Positions 26,782 to 39,800 of a DNA stretch of 64,000 nt are shown one piece after another (the first letter of the stretch is position 1; the number at the start of each line of letters is the position of its first letter). The notes below the pieces were generated by a model. The model was not told the DNA's origin and made no database searches. It was given only the letters and a program-made list of their open reading frames with translations. The DNA lies in NCBI GenBank assembly GCA_040954595.2, contig CM082579.2:6933625-6997624 (forward strand), read 5' to 3'. The stretch comes from Balanoglossus misakiensis. Taxonomy: Eukaryota; Animalia; Hemichordata. The translations under genes were made by a program, and so were the position numbers.

Positions 26782-29700
26782 CGGTCTAAATTGTACACAC
26801 CGTTAGGAGCCGTCGACTTGTAAAGGGAAAAAAGTGAGAAGGCTTGAAGATAGTCTTTTCTGAAGATTTTTGGCTAAGTCTGAAAACGAAAGGGAAAGAA
26901 GCCTTTACAGCCTTTGACCATCTCCAGATTGTTTTTGTCTCGTGAATCAATTCTCAGTATCGTGTCCTCATCTTTGTAGACGGGTGTGGGAGAATCTGTA
27001 TAGGCAGTATTCGGTTGCCTCTGTGCTATTGTTCAAAAAACAACCACATCTGATAGCGCGTATTTCCTGAAACGTTCCTTTCAAGACCTCTTTATGATCA
27101 TTCGCTCCGATCTTATAATGCAGTTCAGAAATCCATAACACAAGCCTTAGGAAATTTCAACTTCTAAAAAAATGTTTAAAAAATGTTAAAAATCGGCAAA
27201 AAATAGAAGCAATGTTTCTGAGGAAGGATATTTTTCTTTCAAATTTCACACACATCAAATACCTTCCGATTCATCGGAAATAATTTTGCAACGGCGTACA
27301 TGCAAGAAAGACTTGGGGATGCGGTTAATTGTCGACCATACATCTATAGCATTATGTAATGCCTTTTTGTTAGGACCAACAAAATTACGCGCTAACAGCG
27401 TCTTTGAGAAATTCTCTATTAACTATTAGTCGGGCAGATAGTCTATTCAGGTGATATTGTCTTAGGCTCTCCGGTACATGAAACCAACCCCACGACTTCA
27501 GGTGCTTTTGAAGGAAATGACGACCCTTTGAAGTTCTAGGCCAAAACCGACAACACAGTTGAATCAAAATTTAGGCTGGTACACCCAAGAACGTCATATC
27601 ATTCAGCTGTGGTAATATATATAATTTATATGGCCAGTAAAATGTCCATTTTGAGTTGCCAAGCGTGTCTGAAGTTGTAAATTCGGTGCGTGCAATAACG
27701 CATGATTATCCACCGTCGTTTCTTACCTGGTGAGTCGTTTCCCCATAAATGTGCAGTCCCTTCCAGTTGGTAAGGCGACGGTGACACGATCAACTGCAAC
27801 CTCTCTCGATAGTCGTCTGGATGGCAATTGCGCGTTCAAGATGCCGTAGTTATATAATCCCTGGCGGCCTAGCCGGGCAAGACCGGTCGGATTGGCTATT
27901 TCCGAACTGCCCACGATTTGCATAATCACCGTATGCCTTTCGCGGTGTGAAGTGTGATCAAGAGGCTACTACACGCAGCGATATCGTTCCCTGCAATCAG
28001 TAGAACTTAACCGAATCACGTTTCATCATCTAAGACATTAAGCCAAAAGAGGTTTGGTTGGGAGATTAAAAAAACAATCGCTGTGTAATTATTTCGAACA
28101 GTCGCCAGTGCGGCTCATCTGATGACCGTTTCCACGGAAAATGGAAAATAAAGCAAAACATAGATTTTTAGTGGGTGGCACATGCGAAAAAAAAGTGCGC
28201 CATTACACAATCATCTGAACACATAGACATGCCCATTTGACCATATATAGGCATACTAAAATTACAGGTGGCTGCATACATTTAATTTTAAATGACATGC
28301 ACCTACAACGTGAAAGAGAATCTTGCTTTAGTTCAATAATAATAACACATGATAGCGAGGGCAACATCACGATTTGGAGCCTGCACGAGGGATGGTGCAC
28401 TGCGACTTTCATCATCATCATAAATGCAAAATAATCTGTGTGAGTGCAACCTTGAAGATGTCACTAACGCTTCTCACTGCATGGAAGAGCTTCAATAATT
28501 TTATAACAATAGGGACGACAATCACAATATAGTTGTTTTAATCTCCTGGGACAATTAATTGAAGTATTTATTGTAAAACGCTTTGGATTTACGTCATATT
28601 CATAAACGGCGGCAACGATGACGACGACGATGATTTTCTCTATATATTAGATATTTACAAAGACTATAATGACAAAGACTATGTACAGATTAAGAAATGT
28701 GTGAAAAAGAAATGGAAACACGTGAGAACGCCACTTTAAATTATAATAGTATATATACAATAGTATACTGGATCACCGATGTTACTGGGGTACATAGTTA
28801 CAATTCCGAGCAAGGGACAAATAATGCGGGCTTATGATGGACGTAACTACATTTCCAAGGTGTGAACTCGCCCGAATGGTGCATGGTGTGCGAAGTTTCT
28901 CACGCACTAGGTATGTGACACGCCGGGTACAAAACTCGCGATAACAGTGACTATACCCTGGCAGGCTGGAGTGAATTGCAGACATGTCAAAATGGGCGAA
29001 GTTACCAGTGGAATAGCGCTTGGGTACAGGATTCGCATTCTGAGTTAAACTCTTTTGTTCCATGTGATCTTATTGAGCACTGACTCACTGTGTGAGTCTA
29101 CCAACGCACACAGACTAGTCGGCGGTCGAGGGGCGCACGCAGGTCGACATGTGTGTGGGTGGACTTCACTTCTTTTCTCTCAAGAGTACCGTCTCTGACA
29201 AGTAGAGTTCCCGCCTCGTTTTCTTGTTGCTGATGCCCTTGATATCGGAGTTGCCTCTTCTGTGGAAAAAAGTAACAACGTCACATAGTAAATTATCACT
29301 GTCAAGTAGACAACAGACAAAGCCAGTGACCGACCTAAACATTTCGAAAATAAGATTAGGGGTTTCGTTTCGCGAGCGGGTTGGCTGGGTGACTGTACCC
29401 AGGACGAACTAGCCAATCCTTGAATTACGGACCGGACGATATTTTCAGAGACGTAAAAAAGACGACGCCCGTTCAAGTCTACTTACTCTGAGTTCACTGC
29501 AAGGCTTACATCTGCAGCAGTCGGCTCGCCTGGCTGCAAAACAACATGTATGTAAAGGTTAACCGAACGTTCCGCGACACTTAGTTTAACTGTAGGCCTC
29601 AGTATAAGAGTTTCTATGGCGATAATTGCATGCTTACACTATTCTTCGATTACCAACATAGGGGGGGGGGGGCGGTGTGTTATTGTCGATGTTGGGTAGG

Positions 29701-30332
29701 GTTGGGTTGGGTTGTGTTGTGTTCACTGTTGCCACTTCGAAAAAATTGTCAATCATACAAAAAGAGGTTGTCCATATATGAAGAATGTGGCGTTACTCTT
29801 ACCGCCGACAGTTTAGAATATTTCATCACATGTCAATGGGTAAACAACACGGTAAACTATAACCATCGTAAGCATCGCGAGATAACGTTCTTGCCCTTGC
29901 GACGTGTTCTTAGAACCGCGGCCAGAGTGGACCTGTTAGAACCCAATAAGGTCAACACGTCCTTGTGGTCACTCGAACACTTTATTTAACTGAAGAGGTT
30001 CACGACGTCAGTCACTCTGCGTCAATTTGCTATTTCGCCGGCAACACGTCAGCCACACCAAGAGACAAGTATTAAAACCCATGCTGCTACTGGCGCTACT
30101 GATCGACGTCAGTGCCATTTTCTGTTAGTGACGCACACAACATCGCGGTGTGTGCGCTGGCTCCGGGCTATATCCACAAAATGTCATGCAGATTCAGTGA
30201 TTTTTTTTGTACATCTGCAATAGACGTTTCAAACTGGCATCAGCCGCGGCGTGTTTTTCTACATTCATTGGGCGGGGTTGGGTGGGAGTGGGGGTGGTAG
30301 TTGGGTTTGGGGTGGGGTGGGGCGGGACTGAG

Positions 30333-33300
30333 CTACTGCACTTTGCCGTCATGTTCTCTGGAGATTTTCCCCTGAAAGCGGCACGGACATTTAGGACTAA
30401 GAAGCATGTTGGATGTGGTGGTTACCAAAAATAGATTGTCCATCCTCTATGCATTATTATAGAAAATAATATGAAGAGCACACACTCCGCGAAACTCGTG
30501 CAATCCTTACGTGTTGATAGTGGGTATTTCCGGGTCTTGTGTGTTTGCCGTCGTGACTGGACGCGTGGTGTTCAATCATATCTTTTTCAAGTGTCACCGG
30601 GTTGTCAAAACCATCCTGTGGCAAGAAGAAAACGTGAAAATTTACTCATTTCTATAGATCCAAATGCCAGTATGTTTTCATTTTGAAATCGTATCATTGT
30701 TTTACAAAGCGGTTTCTGATTTACAAAGTGATCTTTCAGTGATAAAACCGAATTCTTTAATATCAATCACGTGATCTGGCCATGTGACCCGAGGCATTGT
30801 CATTTCCTGGTGACGGGCAAACAATATTTCGGCATCCAGTAAAAGTTTTTTTTCCGTGTGTGCTTATACTTAAGAACCGCGTCAAAGTGGCATTTGCTCT
30901 GTGGCCAATGCCTATACTCACCGTCAAGTTGGCAAAGTCGCTGTTGGCATTCACCTTGGTCAGTCTGACGCTCCATCGATCGGCGACGTAACTCTTGGCG
31001 GCAGCGGATCTGTTCAGTTGGCCGGAAACCGTCATGGGATTGGAAGAAGAGTTGTGATGCTGAGCAGAACTTCTCGCCGTTCTTCTGTCGCCATAGCGAC
31101 GCTTGAATGCCTTCTTTACCTGCAGTAAAGTAGAAACTAAATGCCATGGCCATACTTGTTCGGTTTAGCATTGAAACATGCAACGAATTATATTTAGTAT
31201 ACACATAATTACCGGCCATGAGCGTAACAGCATCAGTACCCCCCCCCCCTCCTCCCGAGAATTTGAGTCATCATCTCAAAACGATTTCCCTCCCCCACAT
31301 TTGCGTATAATGGTAATCTTTAAGGCCCTAATCCGGGATTTGCGGACGAGGTTGTACGGCAGAAGCGCCCGCGAACGTCGTACTTCTGATGTCGCAAATC
31401 CCGGTCCAGGGCTGCCGATTTTTTCATATACCTTATGATTGCCATAAATATCAGTAAAATGGTGATTTTTGAAATTCCGACCAAAATAATTCGTGGCATA
31501 TACTCACGTCAGGGTTTAGTATGCAGTGCGCCACACAAAAGAATAACCCCTACAGAAAAAATAAAGACAATTTATATTACGGGAGCGCAACCACTTCTGC
31601 TCTGTTGGAGTCGTGGCCTCACCCAACCACTTACAAACGATTATAATCGGCTCATGCATTTAAGCGAAGACTGTGAAGTGGGCGCGGTGTTTATCTGATC
31701 TGCCAGCAAGGTTGAGTATCATAATTGAAACTCTCATTGCGATTGTTCAGAACTGCATCGGCGCAAATTGTCAGCGCACATGACGACTTAAACCCGAAGA
31801 CCTGCCTTCATTAATTAACGTGTGTGAATCATCAACAACATGCAATGTAATGGTTATCGTAAGGTTATAGTCACTGCTATAGGAATATTTGGTGCGTTAA
31901 CGTCCTTACCTGCATGGAATTCAACACAACGAATGCATAAGTGAATATCAGTGTGTCGTTGTTGATGGACAGGAATCCAAAAGCCCAGGCGGTACCGAGC
32001 AATGGAAAAAGCACCAGCGTGGCTTTCAGACCCGATCTTTGTGGGGAGGGGGAGGGCGAGAGACAGTGAGAGAGAGGGGGAAAGGGGGAGAGATAGTTAG
32101 ACAAAAAGAGACAGAGAATTTTTCAATTTCTCCTCCTTTTCTAGGAAGCACGGGGTTTAATTTTTAATTTTAACTTTTTCGGACCCGATTGGAATTCACG
32201 ACTTCTATACGAGGTCCAACTGAGTGCTGTTGTATCATATTGTTATGGTCATTGTGATCCCTGCCTAACAAATATCCTGTTTTTCAAGGCGTCGACTTGC
32301 CTGGAGGTACAAACACAGTTTATTTCATAATGTCAAAGGGTGGTAATTTAAGTGTAATATTTTCCATAGGGGTCGCGAACAATTTTCCAGGTAATAATCA
32401 ACGAAGACTTCACAATAAGCGGATTTTCAATAAACATTACTTGCTAGGAACTGGGCGTAACACAGAAAAAAATAGTACAAAGATTGTTCAGCAAATAATG
32501 GTTATTGAAATAAAACCCTGCAGATCCGACCTTCTCCGTCGTTTATGACCTATACTATATTGTATAGGTCTATATTCTTCACGACCCGCTATGATATTTC
32601 CATGTACGTTCAATGATGACTCACTTCAAAGGAGTCAGTTCAAACTCCTGGCGCTTTGTCCGGACTGTCATTGAGTTCAACATGACCTTGATGACAACGA
32701 TTAGGATGAACACGTTGAACTGCAAAGAAAGAAGAGGAGAGAAGATTTCCGGGAAATGTCGAGCGACACTGTGTTGAAAGTGTTATACCATGCACTATAA
32801 TATTGCGCGCAGGCTTTTGCGTTTTCTTGGAAAATGAATTTCCTAGACTTCTCGTCTTCGGGGAAGCTTTGAAGGCTTGCACGTTTGAAGCTTTCTTGCA
32901 GTGCAAACAGCTTCGTTAATGACGGTGTACACGGTCACCTCCGATTTGCATACACCCATATATGGATGAAATGGAGTACTCGAGTGTTCTGAAGAACATA
33001 GGGGCCTATGGTGACGCTCCTTTTTTCGCGAACACCGTTTTCTCTCTACATTCGTTTGTAACTTTCTTGAAGCAATACACATTAAAATTAGGAAAATGAC
33101 AATATTCTAACTTGTTAGTAGTCCCCTACCTCAAGCCAGATTTGAACAAACAAGATTCGACTTGACGCCAGATTGTTTGTGATGTTATAGTGACATAATT
33201 ACACGTGATTCGAGGTATATGATACCTCTTTGATATTTGGGAATGAAAGACGCCATCTTCTGACGTGATCTGCATGGATAGCATTCCGTCAGAACCAAGA

Positions 33301-36300
33301 CATGGCGGTTATCAGATACACCAATCACTTGAACGCCAACGGTAAAATATGACAACTACTCACAAAGATAACGAGCGCCGCTGTCGGTGCAAACACAACC
33401 AGAAGCGTTTCCGTTGGCAACCAACACCTGTAATGATTTTGAAAACCGTGAGCATTATTATAATGATTAGGAGATCGGCCTCTGTCACTGACATTGTTTA
33501 ATTTGGTCGTTAATGGTTATAATTTCAGCGATAATTGTCTTTGCTGTCAGCTGTACACGTGTCATACGTTTTACAACCAAATGACACCATCCCGAACGCA
33601 ACATTTACAGAACATTTGATATTTGTACGCATGAAATTACGCACATGCGCATAAGAAGGAAGACAAGAAAACCACGTGACACAACTATACTCACGATCCG
33701 CCAGTGCCGTATTCGTTGTAGAATATACCAACCGCCACTCCAACAACCAGGACGGGGGCGCCTTGAGAGAAATAAAAACAATGTCATGACCAAGTCGTCA
33801 CTAGCACAGTAGTTATTTGAACTTACACTAAAAATGACCGGTAAATTCTCAACACGCGGCGACGGTGTTGACTGCAGACTTTGTTGTTAGGATCACGCTA
33901 CCTGAGTACCGCATCGCCAATTTGATTTTCTCTGCACAATTTGACTGCTACTCAACTACATGTAGTGAATCAGAATAGTCGATTTTCAGCTTGATGTAAT
34001 CTTTATCTTTTGCTCGCAAACACAGATACAATCTGACGGATAACAGTAAAGAAAATCTCAAATAGCACTGCTTACCCCAGCCCAAGGCCATGTACTTCTT
34101 GATGTTGCTGCATCTGTCGAACACTTTGACGAGAGCCACGTACAAAGAAAGGCCCTCAATCAGCATCCACAGAAACAGCGCTGTCAGAAAGTAGTGGAGA
34201 AAAGCTGCAACCGACTTGCAGACGTACTGAAAAAAAAACCACAGAAAGAAATTGTCAGTCTAATTGATGAACCGTGGCATTTGTATGAGATTGGTACAAA
34301 TGTGACATGGGGAATCCGTGTATTAAATGGAGATGGTTCGTTTTGATCTGAATTTGTCCCACTGTTTGCATGAGCCAAATGATTTGTTTCTTATTCATAC
34401 TTGGATCAGAAGGTTTGGATTTGGAATGGGGAAAAAAAATTCTGTACAACCCTGTACATTTACACTATAGGCTTTGGCAGGTACGCGACATTGGCCAGAG
34501 TACAGTTGGACTAAACTCACTTCATTTTCTGTCTTGTTTATTCCAACCAAGAATATTATTTGTGTCGCTGCTATAGCTGCAGCCAGGTTTTCATGGACTC
34601 TGATCCTATCGAACTTGAGCCTGAAAGATCGCAGTAGAAAATGGGCAGTTGAGACAGGGCAAGGTCGTTACGTGAAAACGCAGGATGGGAACACCCTGTT
34701 TTCTCTCTTTTTTTGTTTTCAATTCAGCGATACACAATAGGCCCAATCAATGATGACAGCATTCTTAATGTTGAGTAGTCCGCTGCCTAAATTGGCGCGG
34801 TGTCAGTCAAAGGATAATGTACTGTAGCTCTGGTACATACGGAAGCCCCTGCGGCTGCGGCCTTGCTTTCCATCTTCATGATACGCAGGGTGCGCGTTGA
34901 TGCACGTGCCTACTGACACGTGACGCACGCGACCAATGATTCAACCGAATCACACAATGATCACTAATACTTCAATCAAGACCTTCATCTTGTTTTTTTT
35001 TATCTGTCTTATCGAGTCTTACCTGAAGAATTCAAAGACACAGACCGAAAACACACAGCCAAGGACGGACAACGTGCCCCCGATGTAAGAAATGATTGAC
35101 AGTACGTCGTTGTGAGCTGCAGGCAGTATTTCCTGAAACCAAGGAAATATAGTGCCTTATATTATGTTGTTGGAAATGGAATCCTGAGTAAGGAGTTTTT
35201 CTATTATCCATAGTTTGTAGAGTTTTTCGATAGTTTACTGAAACGAGAGATAGTTTATGCATTAAGTGTAACCGGATCATTGAAACTGAAGCAGCTCTAT
35301 TATAAATGGGAGCTGCGTGGTTGGACACCAGAGATTGCGCCCTCGACGGCAAACACGGTAATGAAGTAATCTCACCTTCAAATTGTGGATATCCATAATC
35401 AGCGCAAAGTTAGTCATGTGATAGCAATGACAGACAGTGTGAGTGATGTTGGTGATATGAACTTCACAACCATCGCCCCTCCACTGGTCAGAAATGCTCC
35501 TGAATATAGCATAAGTTCAAATTTGTATTTTAATGGCATTTTAATCTATTTAATTAATCTATACTGTCATTTGCTTTTAATTTGAAGCACAGAAATAAGT
35601 TCTGCAGCTGGGAAGAGTACCTTGATTGAACGCGTATGTAGGCGCGGCCTACGCGTACGCGCGCGTGTGCGTGTCGCGACTTCTCACGCAGCGAATGAAG
35701 GCCCCGGATAAAAGGCTCCACAATGCCAGATAAAATATTCATTAGCACGGTTTTCGCATGGTTCGGTGTCAATCCCGGCTATTGAACTTAACTTGATCAC
35801 GTCTGCGACAGTGTGTTCAACCATAGATACTGGTGGCTCGACATTTATACAATGTACAATCAGTCATTGCTTACACACAGTGTGTATTGTACGCTCGCGC
35901 ATCGCATTCTGTGCGCGCGCGTGGCCTCGCAAGCGCATCTCTGTCTTCTAATAATAATGACCTTTGCCCTACCTGGCGCGCATATTCATAAATACACATT
36001 GTGGATCTTTTGCTCCGATATCCTGTTAAAAGACAAAGAAAATGAAATGTTATTAAAAACTGGCTACGCATAATAATGAGATATCAGCGATAAAACCATT
36101 AGACTTTGCCCTTACCCATAAGCAAGTGCGGTGGCCGAGCGGTTAAGGCGTTGGACTTAAGTTCCAATGGACACTAGTCCTCGTGGGTTCGAATCCCACC
36201 CGCACTAGTATATTTTGTTTCCTCGCCTAATTTGTTTTTTCTTCACCCAGCATCGACTTTCTTTAGCATAATGCACCTTTCTTTGACATTATTATCTTTT

Positions 36301-36839
36301 TTTTCTATCAATTTTGCGTTATTTCACTCATGCATAGGCAATCTAAACCTATACAGGCGAGATAGAGATCGCCGTGTAAACAACGCACAGATTCTCGCAA
36401 TGAGCGACGTTTCCTTTCAAACGATGACGTCTTGATTTCATGACGTTATTGCGTGAAAAGGTAAAAATTTGACAACTCACCATCTTGTGTTCAAACACCA
36501 TGACAACGGGGTGGGTTAAATGGTAGTATTGGGGGATTCCGGCGCCGAGCACTGCTGCAGACATCACGTCCGAGTTCACATAATCTTCTTTCACAATTCT
36601 GAGTGAAAAACGGCAAAGATATATCCATTTTTTAAACTGTAGGCGTCTCAATGTAATGGTTCCAGATGCATGCATTCAAAGAGTGTAAGCTAAATATGAA
36701 TAAAACCAAATTGACTTACCCAGTACTATCGATTGGCGGTTTTTCAGTTGAATTTGTTCCCTTATCAGTGTTGTTTAGCAAAGAGAACAAGTCTCCTAGA
36801 GTGTGGAAGTTAGCTGCAAATATACCCACAAATCCATCT

Positions 36840-36873
<34 letters not shown>

Positions 36874-39800
36874 GAGAGACAGAGAGAGACAGAGAGAGAC
36901 AGAGACAGAGAGAGAAATGTAAGTAAAATTAAAGTAAATATGTGAGTGAAATTTAAGTGTGGTAAGGACTCACTAGTACAGTTTCTGGTATTGAGGTTTC
37001 AAGAGATCAAGTTTCTCTGCCTCATTGATCTTTCTCTCTATAGATTGTCATTACTCAAGAGATGCTCAAAACAAAGTTTGGTGTGATAACGACTTGAGTT
37101 TAGACAAATGTTCCGATATTCTGCCAAGTGTTTTACCAGATGTACTTTTTTACCTTCTTCGAGTATAGAGTCCAAACCCAGCTGATGGAGGGGTATTGTT
37201 ATCATGCTTTGTCCATGGCCATAAGAGTATGTGAAACTTCCCATTGAACTTTCAACAATGGTTGTAGAGTTATCCCCTGTTTCCATGACAATGATGTTGA
37301 AGTCTAAAGAGTGAATTCGAAAGGACATTAATTAATTGATCACGCCATTGATTGATCTATTGAAAGATTTGTCTCTGTGGGTGTTTGTAAATGTTTCAAA
37401 AGTTTAATTATTGATTTTAAATTATCGATTATGCACGGATTGTCATAATCTAATGTGTTGGCCAGGGGATAGAGTTCCATACCGAGATTTGGTGTGTTTA
37501 CTGCAGTAGACGTGGTTCTTATCTGCGATGTTAGATCTCGCCGTCTGCGTTGACGCCTCACCTCAGCGGCGTTGCTCCTGACGATGGCCTCTGCCAGCAG
37601 CTCGGTGCTGTTCACCATAGTTGTCACACTGCTGGCAATAAGATCCTATGGAACAAAATGCATGCCATTCGAAATCCAAAGCTGTGTAAATGTATTATCC
37701 TATTATTTTTTCACGTTAATCAGATCAAACTGTGGAACTGCAGCGCCACCTATACATGCTATCACTTCGCAATCGTCACAGTTTTGGGTGACTGTAATCA
37801 GTCACCTTTGTCACCATCGCTTTGTATAACCAGCAATCACAATTAGCATACGCAAACACCAATAGCAGTAGCCCAATTGCTTTAATTAGCATTCGGCGTT
37901 AAAACAAAGTAACACTTTCATTATGTCAGTCAGTCACTGTTCTGAAATACATGTAGACAAAACGTTGCGTATTCTGGAGCATTCGGTTGGCACTCCGTTG
38001 GCGCATGGCTTTCCTGGTTATTCCGGGAAATTTATTTAGGACACCACTTCACCAGTAGACAGCAGAGAATACGGTTATAGGGAAAAATCAAGTCAACACA
38101 ATCCAGGCATGTTATCATTTTAACCACGGTGTTTTAACTCAGTCTCAGTACAGACGGATTACACGGTCGTGCGGCGGTTTCCTTATATTCAACAAGCAAG
38201 ATACAGAATACGATTTCATGGAGAAATGGAATGTTATAAAATTTTACCTCATCGTTTGTGTTCTTCCAGGTGGTGTAGGTACTCGCATCCAGACAATTAC
38301 TCACACTATCAGCGAATCCCTGAAAAAAGAGATACACACCTTAAAAACTAATGGGTAATGTTTTCTAATATCACTAGTTTCGTATTTTCAATTCAAAACG
38401 CCCAACTCTTGCGTCACGAAAAAAAATCGCTAGATGGTTAACTCACCTGAGAAATGTGACTTGTATTCAAACCGTCTGTTTCCATAGCAGCCAAAGCAAT
38501 CATTTGCAGAGCATCGACAGAAACCAACAGATCCCCGGGATACATCTGTTTTGAGGTTCTGTCGATTTCATTGGCGTTCACCATGGTGATGTTTCTGAGA
38601 AGGTCGGTTACGTGCGAAATCATGTCCGCGGTAACGTTGCCAGTGTCCAAACTTTCGATCTGGTCGGTTCAAGGACAATAAGGAGAAGTTCAAAGTCAAT
38701 AGTAAGTTACGACAGGTCCATGTGTTACATGTGCGTCGTAGTGCCATGCGTCTAATTTCTCATACAGCCACCCCTTCACCACCACCACTACCACAACAAC
38801 AACAACAACAACATCCAAACAAATAAGCAGTTGACTTAGTGTTACAGAGATACTTTTGTTTGGTAGTTTGTCATTGTGGTCAAACACAATTTTGAAAACT
38901 GATTCGATTAGTGTTTATTGACAATGGGGCGGTGTCTACTAGTAGTATGCAGCATCTCACTAGATAAAACGAAACAATGACATTTTACCGCGTTTCATCA
39001 ATTACCTTCTCTCGCAACAGAGCGAATTCTGGACTCACGCAGTCAGTCAGGTTTGGACTGTCCCACTCTGCTACAGGGGGTGTCCAGCTGACAAGGGTGC
39101 AGAATCGGGTGGCTTGACCTGGAAAAGGGGCGGGGGAAGAAATGACACAGAACTTAATTTCATTGTTGCATGTCTCTGAATGTTCGTCGAGAGTCAAAAC
39201 AATGTCAGTAGTAATTGACCATGTATATATATATTTACCCATAATGCCTGGCGGGCAGGGTACGATGGCTGTACTGTCGCCATCGGTGTGATTCCAAGAG
39301 ATTCCACTACCGTCAACATTATCAACTTCTGCCGGGCACGTGGGAATGTTAGATGCTGCAAAGGGCGAATGATAGAGATTTTCATTCGTAAGAGAAAAAG
39401 AGACTGTGATCATTAACTACTGGTAGTAAGGACAGCCCAAAGCAAAACAGAACATGTCTGATGTACAGTTCTTATTTGGGAAATTAACAAACATTAGTAC
39501 AGCAGTCATATAACTTGAGGTATACCACTGAAATCGATCTATGTATGTCGATATCGCGTGATAGTAATGATAAACCTATAGTCTTTCACTGCAAAATGTA
39601 TTTGTTACACGCCCTCAGAAATACAGCGGAGCTCAGATAGTCAAAACTTTTGCCGGCCGACTCGCCTCACTCGCGGCTACAACGTCGAGGGTGCTCATTC
39701 AATGAAGGGATAGCTTTATGAGGCGGTGTCGGCATTGGTCAGTGCGGGACTGTGTAAGCCAGACTGTGATTGGCCACTTACGTGTGTCACAGGTCGGTCC

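Noticed and set aside
30763-30921. Read-through C-terminus of the adhesion GPCR (ORF 30763..31035)
   Set aside because: A consensus donor ACG|GTGAGT at 30922/30921 and an in-phase downstream exon favour splicing. Kept only as a possible retained-intron isoform.
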